64,000 nucleotides of DNA. Source: a bacterium (lineage in GTDB: Bacteria > UBA10199 > 2-02-FULL-50-16 > JAJFLM01). Positions 19,037 to 28,461 of the stretch are shown here, in pieces (the stretch's first letter is position 1; each line of letters begins with the position of its first letter). The notes beneath the pieces are model-generated. The model saw only the letters and a list, made by a program, of their open reading frames with translations. It was not told the DNA's origin and ran no database searches. The stretch is taken from NCBI GenBank assembly GCA_965216315.1, contig CBDCFN010000015.1:32001-96000 (forward strand), given 5' to 3'. A program made the position numbers and the translations under genes.

Positions 19037-19888
19037 ATGGTAATGAATCCTTGTCTATATTCAGCTACTTTGTTGCCCGCTTGTACGGCACTCAGTTCCC
19101 AAGTCACAGTATCTTGTTTGAGTGACACTGGTATCACTTCTGCAAATAGTAACCACCTCAGCTTGTCGCGAAATGCTGCACAGGAACTGATCGACTATTC
19201 ACATCGCATTATTGCAGGACCTTTCCCCCGACTTAACTCCGTAAAACTGCTTAACGATTTAAATAAAATCGGTGAATCACGGGACTATGATGCCGGTTTT
19301 GTTGGCGCATTGATGTATCTCTGCAGTCCTGAAGCCATCAACAAGCTGACCTTATTGGGAAGCACACTCGTAGCCCACCAGGACCTCTACGCTGATACTA
19401 CTGTTCAAGAGCTGCGCCATCGCGCGATTCGACAAATCTTAGTCCGCGCGCCCACAGCTGGAAGCTTTATATTTGTAAAGTTATCTGATTCATTAGACCG
19501 TGAAACGTACGCCCATCAGCAGGCGCATGAATTTGCGAAGAGATCTCTCGAGCAATTCCCTATTGGTCTCGACGACGTTGAAGACCCAATTATCGTCATG
19601 ACACCAGACATCCAAACCGTCATAATCGGGAGAAGCCCTGACACGGACCTAACGCTTTCAAACCTTCACGTTTCGAGTGTTCACGCCCGGATCGATCAAG
19701 ACGAAGTCGGCAACTACTACTTAATCGATATGGGCTCGGCGAACGGAACATACTTCAAAGGTCATCGACTGGCGACAAATGAAGGGGTAAAAATCAAACC
19801 TGGAGAGTTTTTTCATATTGCCAATGTTCGTGTTCAATTCACTGAAGCGACTACCCCACCTCATCATACGGCCTCAATCGAAACTTAA
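19037..19888 (+). CDS. FHA-domain protein with unknown N-terminal region
   Basis: IIGRS...VSSVHA...DMGSANGT FHA motifs at the C-terminus. Confidence 0.82.
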   Translation: MVMNPCLYSATLLPACTALSSQVTVSCLSDTGITSANSNHLSLSRNAAQELIDYSHRIIAGPFPRLNSVKLLNDLNKIGESRDYDAGFVGALMYLCSPEAINKLTLLGSTLVAHQDLYADTTVQELRHRAIRQILVRAPTAGSFIFVKLSDSLDRETYAHQQAHEFAKRSLEQFPIGLDDVEDPIIVMTPDIQTVIIGRSPDTDLTLSNLHVSSVHARIDQDEVGNYYLIDMGSANGTYFKGHRLATNEGVKIKPGEFFHIANVRVQFTEATTPPHHTASIET

Positions 19889-21233
19889 CCCCCAATTCGT
19901 CTTCGGCAATTTCACGACAGGTCTCGATGTCAAGATTGGGCACGCCCACGACGGATGCGGTCACGTCAAGGATATGTCGTTTCGCTTCTTTGATGAACTC
20001 TTTAACGTGCTCATAAGCATCCTCGCCGTACTTGGAAGGACAGAGTTTGGCATAAGTCTTGGCATCGGGCGCATTGAGTGAAATTGAAATAGAGTCGATC
20101 AAGCCAGCGAGCTCCGGTAGGATGTTGCGGCCATGGACGAGGTTGGCAAGCCCCTCCGTGTCGAGTCGGATGTGTGAAGCCCCGCGCGCGCGCAATTGCT
20201 TGGCAACACTCTCGAGTAAATCAATACGCAAAGTCGATTCGCCAAAACCACAAAAGACAACTTCTTGATATAGCGACGGATCCCCAACCGCCTCGAGTAT
20301 CTCCTCCTCTGTCGGTTCGTGGTCGAGCTGGAGATAATGGCCCTTGACGATCCAATCGTCAAACTTAGGGCAGAAACGACACGCTAAGGTACATTGGTTC
20401 GTGATATTGAGATACAGGTTATTGCGGATCTTATACGCGATCTTGGCCGCATCATCAGGTAAATCTATCGACAAACCGAAGAGTTCTTTGGTATTGCGCG
20501 CGGAGATGCGCTCAATATCTTCGACACTGACACCTTTCAACTCTGCAACTTTTTCCGCGACATGTCTGACAAAGGCCGGCTCATTCCGTTTTCCGCGTTT
20601 CGGAACCGGCGCCAAATAGGGAGAGTCCGTTTCAATGAGAAAACGATCCCGCGGAATATTTCGCGCGACATTTTGTAGTTCTTCCGCCTTCTTAAAACTC
20701 ACGATCCCGGAAAACGAAACGTACCAACCCTTGCGCACAACCCGTTTGGCCGTCTCCAGGTCGCCGGTATAACAATGAAAGACGCCGCCGCCCTTCCAAC
20801 CATCAGTCTCGTCGAGGATGCGGAAACAATCCTCAAACGCATCTCGGCAGTGGATGACGATGGGCAATTTGACTTCTTTCGCCAGCTGGATCTGTTCGCG
20901 AAAGATCTGCTGCTGAACCTCGGGAGGTGAATGCTTGTAATAATAATCCAGTCCGATTTCACCAATCGCGACGACTTTTTCGTCGGCTGCCATCGTTTGA
21001 ATCGTGGCTAAATCACCTTCCTGAACGGTCGCTGCCTCATGGGGATGAAAACCGACGGCGGCGTAGATGAAAGGATACTCGTGTGCCAACTTCACACACT
21101 CTTGGCTGGTCGCAATATCGGTGCCGACATTGATCAGGCAGCCGACGCCGGCTTCTTGGAGACGCGTAATGACCTCAGGCAGTTCGTCCTTAAAATCATC
21201 AAAATGAATATGGGCGTGGGAGTCGATTAGCAT
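19851..21233 (-). CDS. TatD-family nuclease fused to a radical SAM domain
   Basis: DSHAH, GEIGLDY, IHCR, FHC, ETDSPYL; then LYLNITNQCTLACRFC (CxxxCxxC), VFCGFGE. Confidence 0.92.
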   Translation of the reverse strand: MLIDSHAHIHFDDFKDELPEVITRLQEAGVGCLINVGTDIATSQECVKLAHEYPFIYAAVGFHPHEAATVQEGDLATIQTMAADEKVVAIGEIGLDYYYKHSPPEVQQQIFREQIQLAKEVKLPIVIHCRDAFEDCFRILDETDGWKGGGVFHCYTGDLETAKRVVRKGWYVSFSGIVSFKKAEELQNVARNIPRDRFLIETDSPYLAPVPKRGKRNEPAFVRHVAEKVAELKGVSVEDIERISARNTKELFGLSIDLPDDAAKIAYKIRNNLYLNITNQCTLACRFCPKFDDWIVKGHYLQLDHEPTEEEILEAVGDPSLYQEVVFCGFGESTLRIDLLESVAKQLRARGASHIRLDTEGLANLVHGRNILPELAGLIDSISISLNAPDAKTYAKLCPSKYGEDAYEHVKEFIKEAKRHILDVTASVVGVPNLDIETCREIAEDELGVKFRLRPYDEVG

Positions 21234-21276
21234 TCTGTAGACATAAGCACTTTTTTTATGGCAATTGCAACGGGAC

Positions 21277-21840
21277 ATGTTTGCCACGCACCCCTTCGAT
21301 CGCCTCTCCACGCATAACCTCTGGATGACTTTTTGCGTCGCTATCATCGGCACACTGGCCTTGGGTGCGCTCTTCTCGATTTGGGGACGCGTCCTCATCC
21401 ACGAAGACGCCCCGCTCGGCATTCTCTCATTTGAGTTCATGTGGAACCAAGCCGGCGTCGAACGAGTCATGGGACCTTGGAGCGACACCGTGCGCCGCGC
21501 CATGTTGTACATCAACCTCGTCGATTTCATCTACATGATCACTTACAGCACGACACTCGCCACCGCCGCCTTATTGATTCGCCGCAAGGCCGGCGCACTC
21601 GGCTTAAAACAACTCGCCAAGCTCGGCATCATGGTCGCGTGGTTCGCATGGTTTGCCGCCGGTTTTGACGTCATCGAAAACCTCGTCGGCTTCCCCATCT
21701 TGTTAGGTCACGCGGCCATGCCCTGGGCCGCCATCATGGGCATGGCCGCCGGGATTAAATTTTTGATCTTGCTCGATATCCTGCTGTATATTGTCTTCAT
21801 CTCATTCTTTCTCTTGGTCATAGGAATGAAAAAACAATGA
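21277..21840 (+). CDS. Hypothetical membrane protein (4 TM)
   Basis: Hydrophobic helices; FDVIEN motif; overlaps panE start. Confidence 0.7.
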   Translation: MFATHPFDRLSTHNLWMTFCVAIIGTLALGALFSIWGRVLIHEDAPLGILSFEFMWNQAGVERVMGPWSDTVRRAMLYINLVDFIYMITYSTTLATAALLIRRKAGALGLKQLAKLGIMVAWFAWFAAGFDVIENLVGFPILLGHAAMPWAAIMGMAAGIKFLILLDILLYIVFISFFLLVIGMKKQ

Positions 21841-22748
21841 AAATCTTAATGGCGGGGGCCGGTGCGGTCGGCGGTTATTATGGGGCGATGCTGGCGCGTA
21901 GTGGACAAGACGTCACGCTCCTCGCGCGTGGCAAGACTCTCGAAGTTTTGCGCTCCAACAAGTTACGCGTGAACAGTTACGAAGGGGATTTTGAAATCCA
22001 GCTCAAGGTCGTCGAATCAATCGATGAGATGGATGCGGCCGACCTGATTATCATTACGACAAAAACTTATGACACCGACACCATCCTCCAACAGATAAAG
22101 CCCCTCGTCGGCGAAAACACGCTCTTACTATCCCTACAAAACGGCGTCGAAACCGAACTCAAAATGGTCGCGTATTTTGATAAACACAATGTCCTCGGTG
22201 GCATTTGTTATATCGGCGCCGAGGTCACGGAACCGGGCACTATTGTCCACAGTGCCGACGGCCAAATTGCGATCGGTGAACTAAGCGGTGAACAATCGGA
22301 ACGGGTACAGGCCATCGCAACGATCTTCGGCAAAGCCGGCATCCGTACGACCCTCTCCACCGATATTCAGCGTCTGCTCTGGAAAAAACTCCTGTGGAAC
22401 GCGCCCTTCAATCAGGTCTGCGCCATCGCTCGCTCCTCGGTAGGAGACATCCTCGATTCACCGGAGATGTGGGATTTGTTACGAGCTGTAGGTCATGAAG
22501 TCGTGACGCTCGCCCAGGCCAATGATGTTCCGTTAACGGAAGAAGATATCGAGGAGCACCTGACTTTCTCAGACGAAAAACTCCGCAGCGTGCGTCCGTC
22601 TCTCCTCCAGGACCTCGAACGCGGCAAGCGCCTGGAACACGAGACCTTTGGCGGCTACCTGGTCCGCGAGGGCCGGCGACTGAACATTCCGACGCCGGTC
22701 AATGAAACACTGTATCAGTTGCTTTGTTTCTTAGATACGGCCAGATAA
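21837..22748 (+). CDS. panE: 2-dehydropantoate 2-reductase
   Basis: GAGAVGG, LQNG, WKKLLWN, SLLQD..GK.LE. Confidence 0.92.
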   Translation: MKILMAGAGAVGGYYGAMLARSGQDVTLLARGKTLEVLRSNKLRVNSYEGDFEIQLKVVESIDEMDAADLIIITTKTYDTDTILQQIKPLVGENTLLLSLQNGVETELKMVAYFDKHNVLGGICYIGAEVTEPGTIVHSADGQIAIGELSGEQSERVQAIATIFGKAGIRTTLSTDIQRLLWKKLLWNAPFNQVCAIARSSVGDILDSPEMWDLLRAVGHEVVTLAQANDVPLTEEDIEEHLTFSDEKLRSVRPSLLQDLERGKRLEHETFGGYLVREGRRLNIPTPVNETLYQLLCFLDTAR

Positions 22749-22794
22749 AAGTATTGTACTTCCATCCGAATTAAGTAAATAAACTCTCCCTTAC

Positions 22795-22881
22795 GGAGAG
22801 GTGGCCGAGTGGTTGAAGGCGCCGGTCTCGAAAACCGGTGTGCCCTTCGGGGTACCGAGGGTTCGAATCCCTCCCTCTCCG
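22795..22881 (+). tRNA. tRNA-Ser(CGA), CCA not encoded
   Basis: GGAGAGG acceptor stem, ccggt-ctCGAaa-accgg anticodon arm, long variable arm, GGTTCGAATCC T-loop. Confidence 0.96.
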
Positions 22882-22906
22882 CAGTTATTGTCGTAAATTT
22901 TGAGAA

Positions 22907-22933
22907 GCAACTTCTGGGAATGCGCGCCGATGA
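22907..22933 (+). promoter_or_regulatory. Sigma-28-like motif GCAAC-N16-CGATGA (GCCGATGA)
   Basis: 7 nt upstream of ATG 22941. Confidence 0.75.
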
Positions 22934-22940
22934 AGGGCCC

Positions 22941-23855
22941 ATGTTAGGTGCTGTGTCCTCCACTCAATTACTGAGTACCGCTTTGCCCGCAATGGTTCTG
23001 GCCTCCGGTCCGTCTACGTTAGGACCCTTTGATGGCTTTGCACCGGTCCAATTAGGCCAGGCCTTTCAACCAGCACAGGGCTCAACGCGGCTCTTCGAAT
23101 CACAGCCCGCGGCACAAGTATCTTTTCAAGGCCCGGAGCCGACAACCCAAACCGACGTCGCCTCTGCAGGCTTAGGCCTTGGTCTCGCATTGATTGTCGG
23201 CGGTGCCTTAACGGCCGCCTACTTAGTCACTCGTTTCCTCAAAGCAGATCCTCAACCCGCTGAAAAGACCTTGAGCGCGGCGGAAACCCTCGATAAATTT
23301 TTTAAGCTCATGGAAGGAAAGCATCAAGGGGAGCCCATCCGCATGCACATTGACTCCAAAGAAATAGGACTCGAAGCCCTCCGCATCTGGGCGGCCTGCG
23401 CGGGGGTAATGCCAGAAGAGGAACAATATGCAATCACCCTTGGAGCCCTCCAGCTCTTTGAGATGCCACCTGAATATTATCTCATGGCCAACCGGCCGGA
23501 TAAGAGCCGGTACTACGCTCATATCGCACGCAGTCAGATACAAACAGATGATGTCGCCGATCTGTTCCCCGACGTAATCGACTTGATTGAAATTAATTTT
23601 CGCAACGCCAACATGGTCCCTGCTGGAACCCAGATCATCAGTCCTCAAGGAGTCGCGACGGCCGATGTTCGTGATGACCGCTTTGTCATCCGCTTTGAAC
23701 CGCGCTCCAACGTTAAGATTAATATCCACGAGATGATCGACCGTTTACGCGAAAACTATGGACGTATCACCCCGTCCCGGTACCACTTAGATATCTATTT
23801 CGAATATGCATCAGGTGAAATGATTAAGATTTTCGATGCTAATCGGGTGGCTTGA
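22941..23855 (+). CDS. Hypothetical protein with uncharged N-terminus and one TM helix
   Basis: Start reassigned downstream of the tRNA; TM segment LGLGLALIVGGALTAAYLV. Confidence 0.7.
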   Translation: MLGAVSSTQLLSTALPAMVLASGPSTLGPFDGFAPVQLGQAFQPAQGSTRLFESQPAAQVSFQGPEPTTQTDVASAGLGLGLALIVGGALTAAYLVTRFLKADPQPAEKTLSAAETLDKFFKLMEGKHQGEPIRMHIDSKEIGLEALRIWAACAGVMPEEEQYAITLGALQLFEMPPEYYLMANRPDKSRYYAHIARSQIQTDDVADLFPDVIDLIEINFRNANMVPAGTQIISPQGVATADVRDDRFVIRFEPRSNVKINIHEMIDRLRENYGRITPSRYHLDIYFEYASGEMIKIFDANRVA

Positions 23856-23891
23856 CGCAGTCGCTCAACGAAAATTCGCAAGCAATACCCC

Positions 23892-23918
23892 ACAACTTAA
23901 GCCCTCAAGAACCGAAGC
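23892..23918 (+). promoter_or_regulatory. Sigma-28-like motif ACAAC-N16-CGAAGC
   Basis: About 40 nt upstream of ATG 23958, which has a GAGGA RBS. Confidence 0.55.
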
Positions 23919-23957
23919 ATAATTCAGTGCGCATAGAGAGAAAGTGAGGATAACCTC

Positions 23958-24452
23958 ATGGGAGAAGGCGCACGTATTGAGGGTGTTCACCTTAACGCCG
24001 GAATCGGCGCGGGATACACCTTAAGGCCTGGACTAAGCGGTGAAGAAAATCGATTGAGCCTGGATGGAGCCGTCGTCGCCAACTTTGACACCTATGTGTC
24101 TGACTGGCGCAGCTTTCGTTGGATCGCCGGAGTCACCGGCGGTTATGAATATCAACCGCAATCAGGACCGGGTTTTGATGAAGGATCCGGGGACGCATTC
24201 CACATCGGTGGCATGCTTGGAACCTATTTTGGCGCATACGGCCCTGTGTTCTATCTCGGCGGAGATATCAATCCAAGAGCTACCTGGTTTACCGGCAATG
24301 ATTCCCCCCAGTTTGAGCTAGGGCTCAATTTGCGAGCCATCGCCACACTAGGCAACTTTAATGCTAGTTTGAGTGTTGGCGCTATTCTGAACACGGCGGA
24401 CGCAAGTCGCAGCGGTTTTCAGGCCAGTCTCGCCGCCCTGCTCTACTTGTAG
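23958..24452 (+). CDS. Hypothetical beta-strand-rich (OMP-like) protein without signal peptide
   Basis: Alternating Gly/aromatic strands; RBS; ends in LLYL. Confidence 0.65.
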   Translation: MGEGARIEGVHLNAGIGAGYTLRPGLSGEENRLSLDGAVVANFDTYVSDWRSFRWIAGVTGGYEYQPQSGPGFDEGSGDAFHIGGMLGTYFGAYGPVFYLGGDINPRATWFTGNDSPQFELGLNLRAIATLGNFNASLSVGAILNTADASRSGFQASLAALLYL

Positions 24453-24464
24453 TGAGGAGGCCCA

Positions 24465-25184
24465 ATGGGCGATGCGGACCGCGATCGACTACTATTCGCG
24501 GCCGGCGGCTGCGCTTCCGGTTTTTTATGGAGCGTCCTCGCCGGTGAAGCGGATCTAGGTACAGGCGAAGGCTGGGGCCGCGCATTGATGGGATGCGCGG
24601 GCAGCGCTGCCAATGCCTTCACCTTGCATTGGATTACCGACCAGTTCACGACCAACGACGACATACCTAACATCGTCGCCGGGAGCTGGCTGGGAGCACA
24701 ATCCCTCGCCAGTATGACCAACTGGATCGGCCACGAACAAGGCTGGGAACGTGAACCGGCCTTTAATGCCGTCGCCATCCCGCTCAATTTCGCGGCCGCC
24801 CCTGCGTTTTCCAGCCTCGGACTCGTGTGGGCCGGTATCGGTGAAATTGCGACCGGATTTACCGGCGACGTGTCCGCTTTCGGAGGCATGTTGATCTTTG
24901 ATCACAACCTCTGTTTGAGTGCGATGAATACCGGCGCCATTGGCCATTGCTTTAATGCCAGTAGTGACTATTTACCAAGACACGAACAGGGTCACCAGGT
25001 TCAGTTTTCCATCATGGGCGATGTCGGCATGCTGACAATCGGAACCACTGATTTCTTAGTCGGGACAATTGGAACCCTCCCTTCGACCTACGGCGCCTAT
25101 ATCTTTGTCGCGGGTCCCGGTGCGTTGACGCTCGAGCCTTGGGCCAACGATTATGCCGGGACATTTAATTTAAGCAGTCCCTAA
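24465..25184 (+). CDS. Hypothetical Gly/Ala-rich hydrophobic protein with HExxH motif
   Basis: GAGGAGG RBS; RHEQGHQVQ. Confidence 0.65.
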   Translation: MGDADRDRLLFAAGGCASGFLWSVLAGEADLGTGEGWGRALMGCAGSAANAFTLHWITDQFTTNDDIPNIVAGSWLGAQSLASMTNWIGHEQGWEREPAFNAVAIPLNFAAAPAFSSLGLVWAGIGEIATGFTGDVSAFGGMLIFDHNLCLSAMNTGAIGHCFNASSDYLPRHEQGHQVQFSIMGDVGMLTIGTTDFLVGTIGTLPSTYGAYIFVAGPGALTLEPWANDYAGTFNLSSP

Positions 25185-25189
25185 TAATC

Positions 25190-25222
25190 ATTAAATCCCT
25201 CCTAGCCTCCCTTTACAAAGGG
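25190..25222 (+). repeat. 33-bp dispersed repeat, copy 1
   Basis: attaaatccctcctagcctccctttacaaaggg; identical in reverse complement to 55006-55038. Confidence 0.85.
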
Positions 25223-25255
25223 GGATTTTTCGGAATTTTTCGAAAGGATGGCCTC

Positions 25256-25282
25256 ACAACGAAGCCCGAAAAACCGCGATAA
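25256..25282 (+). promoter_or_regulatory. Sigma-28-like motif ACAAC-N16-CGATAA
   Basis: 6 nt upstream of ATG 25289. Confidence 0.75.
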
Positions 25283-25288
25283 GCGGGC

Positions 25289-26713
25289 ATGATCCCTCTT
25301 CAGGCCACATCTGCCCTAAGTCCGACGCTACTGGCAGCAAGTTCATTGATCCCCTACGCGGGCCTTGCGGACACCGCGCGCCTCGTGGCGAACCCACAAC
25401 GCGAACGAGACTTACCCGTCGCGGCATCTTTGACCGCGCACGTTGTGTCGCGGGGCCTGAATGCGGCCCTGCCCACGGTCATTCGCGGGGCTCGACGCTT
25501 CCTCAGGGCGCGGGAAACGACAATCCATCCATCACAGCAGGTCGTTTTACTCAGTGGGAGTCAAACAAGAGCCAGCGCGCAGCTGCGCCGTGAGCTCTCA
25601 CAAAACTATCCGCGCGCACAGTTTACCAACCCCTTGATTCAACAAGCCCTTGACCTGGTTGCGTCCGGACGTCTGGGAGAATTATTCAGCTTGGTCGCTC
25701 AACAACGCCCTTACCTCATTGATTTCCAGCGGCCCATGCTCAGCAAGATTCTCCAGCATGTTGCCACTCACTTTCCTGAGGTATCCGGTCGCGAGGTCCT
25801 CGCACCTAATTTTCTCAGTAGCGACAAAGCAATGCGAGCCGAAGATATCTTCCGCCCCGACATGTTCGATAAAGTCAATTCGCGCGGGTTGGTCGCGTGC
25901 AGTGAACATTTATTTGAACGCGAACCGGCCCACAAGTTTGGTGTCGCGATACAGCCCGAAGACACGACGCTCTGGCGTATGATTGGCCGTCTTCCCCAAG
26001 GAGCCGTTGTCGCCGACTGGGGCGGCGGCATTGGAATCGCCGCGTTGCTCGCCAAGCTCATGCGTCCGGATTTAGAGGTCTACGTCAATGACCTCCACGC
26101 CCCCGAGGTCCTCATGGCACATGCGATGGCACTGGCGGCCACACGTGCTGAGTTGAGTCAGATCACCCGCTACACCGTCGGTGATCCCGATGTTGCCTTG
26201 GACCGAAATGGCCGACTGCAGCATGCCTTTGAGTTTCCGCTTACGGCCGCGCAGTTACACTCAAAATTGCACTACCTGACGGGAGATGCCGGTCGCATCA
26301 GGCTACCTGAGGGTAAGCAAGCCAACCTGATGATTTCGGCCTCGTTAAGCCCGTACGTTCCCAATCCACTGGGGCTGTTTCTCCACATGTATGATCAGTT
26401 AGCTCCGGGCGGCATCGTCGCCAGCACGGTAACGACCGAAATTCTTAATGCGAGCCAAGACTGGACGACGGATAAATCCGTGATCAGTGAATTTTCCGCG
26501 GAACTGGCGCGTCAGGGAATCCCCGTCGAAATGACCCCCAATAAAATGACACTCGTTGTCCAACGACCCGATGCAAGTCGGCTGCGTTTGACGGCGGAAT
26601 TTCTTGAGTCTTCGCTCGGTTCGGTTCGCCTCCCTATGTCTCCTTTCATGAATCGCTACACGAGTTTTTACCGCCCAAACGAAGGGCAACGGCGCTGGGT
26701 GGAACGGGAGTAA
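25289..26713 (+). CDS. Class I SAM-dependent methyltransferase-like protein with long N-terminal extension
   Basis: VADWGGGIG motif I, VYVND, GDA, QLAPGG. Confidence 0.72.
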   Translation: MIPLQATSALSPTLLAASSLIPYAGLADTARLVANPQRERDLPVAASLTAHVVSRGLNAALPTVIRGARRFLRARETTIHPSQQVVLLSGSQTRASAQLRRELSQNYPRAQFTNPLIQQALDLVASGRLGELFSLVAQQRPYLIDFQRPMLSKILQHVATHFPEVSGREVLAPNFLSSDKAMRAEDIFRPDMFDKVNSRGLVACSEHLFEREPAHKFGVAIQPEDTTLWRMIGRLPQGAVVADWGGGIGIAALLAKLMRPDLEVYVNDLHAPEVLMAHAMALAATRAELSQITRYTVGDPDVALDRNGRLQHAFEFPLTAAQLHSKLHYLTGDAGRIRLPEGKQANLMISASLSPYVPNPLGLFLHMYDQLAPGGIVASTVTTEILNASQDWTTDKSVISEFSAELARQGIPVEMTPNKMTLVVQRPDASRLRLTAEFLESSLGSVRLPMSPFMNRYTSFYRPNEGQRRWVERE

Positions 26714-26715
26714 TT

Positions 26716-27657
26716 ATGTTAATAGGCACCACAACTCTATTTTCTGCGAGCTCTAGCATCGCTGTGCTTGCAGCCGGACAATCCTCTAACCAAAGCGGTT
26801 CCTTATTGGGCTCGTTATCTCGCTTTGCCTTTGACCTAGGCAGACGTGAGCTCAATGATGTAGTTCTTCCTCGCGTGCACCGAAGCGTCAATACGCTGCT
26901 CTATCGCGTCCCGGTCACAGAGCTTTCAACAGAGGCCATATTATCAAAATGGGAAGCTCTATCCGTAAATATAGGAGAAAGTTGGATCGACATCGGCAGC
27001 GGTAACGCTGATTCATTGGGTCGTCTGGCTGCTCGTCATGATGGGCAGTTTATTGGCATCGAAAAAGAAAACTCACTGCCACTTTTTTTGGAATTAAAAG
27101 ACGGGGCGCCTCATGTGGAAGCCTTACCAAACAACGTGCATTATTACGTACTCACGATGAATAAGCCAGGTCGGGAGGCCCTTAAGCATAAACGACTTGA
27201 ACAAGTCCGCGTTGAACGTATGCAGCCCGGCGATGAAGTTGCCGATGTCACGTATAGAACAACCCTAGACTTGATCGGTCGCGGTACCGCTTCGGTCGTC
27301 TCACTTATCTTTCCCTACACCGAACCGGCAAAAATGAATCCATTTGGTCGTATCTGGCGAGGGGCGGCACCCAAGCCGCTCCATTATCAACTCAGAACCG
27401 CACTTGATTTGTTGAAATCTGGTGGCACGGGCGTCGCTATTCTAGAAGCTGGTCCTACAGCGGAGCAATTACGTGTCTTAGAACGGACCTTGAATTACTT
27501 ACGTTCACAAGCCGATGTGGCCTCAGTACAATACAACGCCACCGCACTCGACGTCGAACATCTCGACATTGCTGCCTATGCCCCTCAAAAAGACGGCGAA
27601 GCCATGGACACAGAAGCGCTGACCACAGGAACGCTTGTTTTCTTCCGCCGTAAGTAG
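26716..27657 (+). CDS. Class I SAM-dependent methyltransferase-like protein
   Basis: WIDIGSG, FIGIE, LLKSGG; 2 nt downstream of the previous gene. Confidence 0.68.
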   Translation: MLIGTTTLFSASSSIAVLAAGQSSNQSGSLLGSLSRFAFDLGRRELNDVVLPRVHRSVNTLLYRVPVTELSTEAILSKWEALSVNIGESWIDIGSGNADSLGRLAARHDGQFIGIEKENSLPLFLELKDGAPHVEALPNNVHYYVLTMNKPGREALKHKRLEQVRVERMQPGDEVADVTYRTTLDLIGRGTASVVSLIFPYTEPAKMNPFGRIWRGAAPKPLHYQLRTALDLLKSGGTGVAILEAGPTAEQLRVLERTLNYLRSQADVASVQYNATALDVEHLDIAAYAPQKDGEAMDTEALTTGTLVFFRRK

Positions 27658-27662
27658 TCGCT

Positions 27663-28103
27663 CTACTTCACCGTAATCGTAATTTTCTCTGACATCACCG
27701 CGGGATCATGCGGCACATGCACTAAATCCCCCAAGACTAACTGCAGAGTATGTTTACCCGGCGTCAATTCGATCGTGGTCTCCGTTTGTCCGCCCCCAAA
27801 GTGGACATGATTTTTGTCGTTGGGCAGCGGCGCATCTAAGGGCGGGAGTTTTTCGACGTCAATCAAGAGATGGTGGTGGCCGGTATTTTCTTTAAATAGG
27901 CCGGCCGGGGCGACCCCCATTCCTTTTAAACCAAAAACAACCGTCACCGGGCTCGTGACTGTCGCCCCATTTTGGGGCGAAATAATATAGGTCTTAGCCC
28001 CCGCCGGCGATTTTTTCCGGACAACTTTTTCAGCTTCAGCATGGACTGGAAGTGCAATCGCCACGCTCAACACAAATAACAAAAAAATAGAGAAACGTTT
28101 CAT
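27663..28103 (-). CDS. DUF4399-family secreted protein
   Basis: Signal peptide; TGHHHLLID, HFGGGQTE, LTPGKHTLQL. Confidence 0.88.
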   Translation of the reverse strand: MKRFSIFLLFVLSVAIALPVHAEAEKVVRKKSPAGAKTYIISPQNGATVTSPVTVVFGLKGMGVAPAGLFKENTGHHHLLIDVEKLPPLDAPLPNDKNHVHFGGGQTETTIELTPGKHTLQLVLGDLVHVPHDPAVMSEKITITVK

Positions 28104-28128
28104 AGTGACCCTCTCACAAATAATATAA

Positions 28129-28416
28129 TTACTGATTATCACCTTCATCTTTGGACTCAAGACCCAAAGCCTTACGCACCCACCAGACCACGCCCGTAAT
28201 CAGATGAATCGGATTCGAGAAAAAAGCCGGTGCCTTTCCTTCAAACAGATGGCCAATGAATTGCAGGATCCAGCCAAAAGTAAACAACCCCAAGGCCCAC
28301 CGCCAATCCCAAAAAAAGAGTGGCAGTGAAATAACAATCAGCGGAATTCCGACTGAATGGAGTGCCCGGTTGATTGGATGTTGATGCTTTTCCCGATAAA
28401 CTTCGACAAAGCCCAT
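28129..28416 (-). CDS. DUF962 / Mpo1-like membrane protein
   Basis: H.HP.NR.LH..GIP, GW.LQF.GH.FEG..PA. Confidence 0.88.
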   Translation of the reverse strand: MGFVEVYREKHQHPINRALHSVGIPLIVISLPLFFWDWRWALGLFTFGWILQFIGHLFEGKAPAFFSNPIHLITGVVWWVRKALGLESKDEGDNQ

Positions 28417-28461
28417 ACCGAACCGTCTATATCAGGATTTCACTAGAGTCTCAACAGAGAT

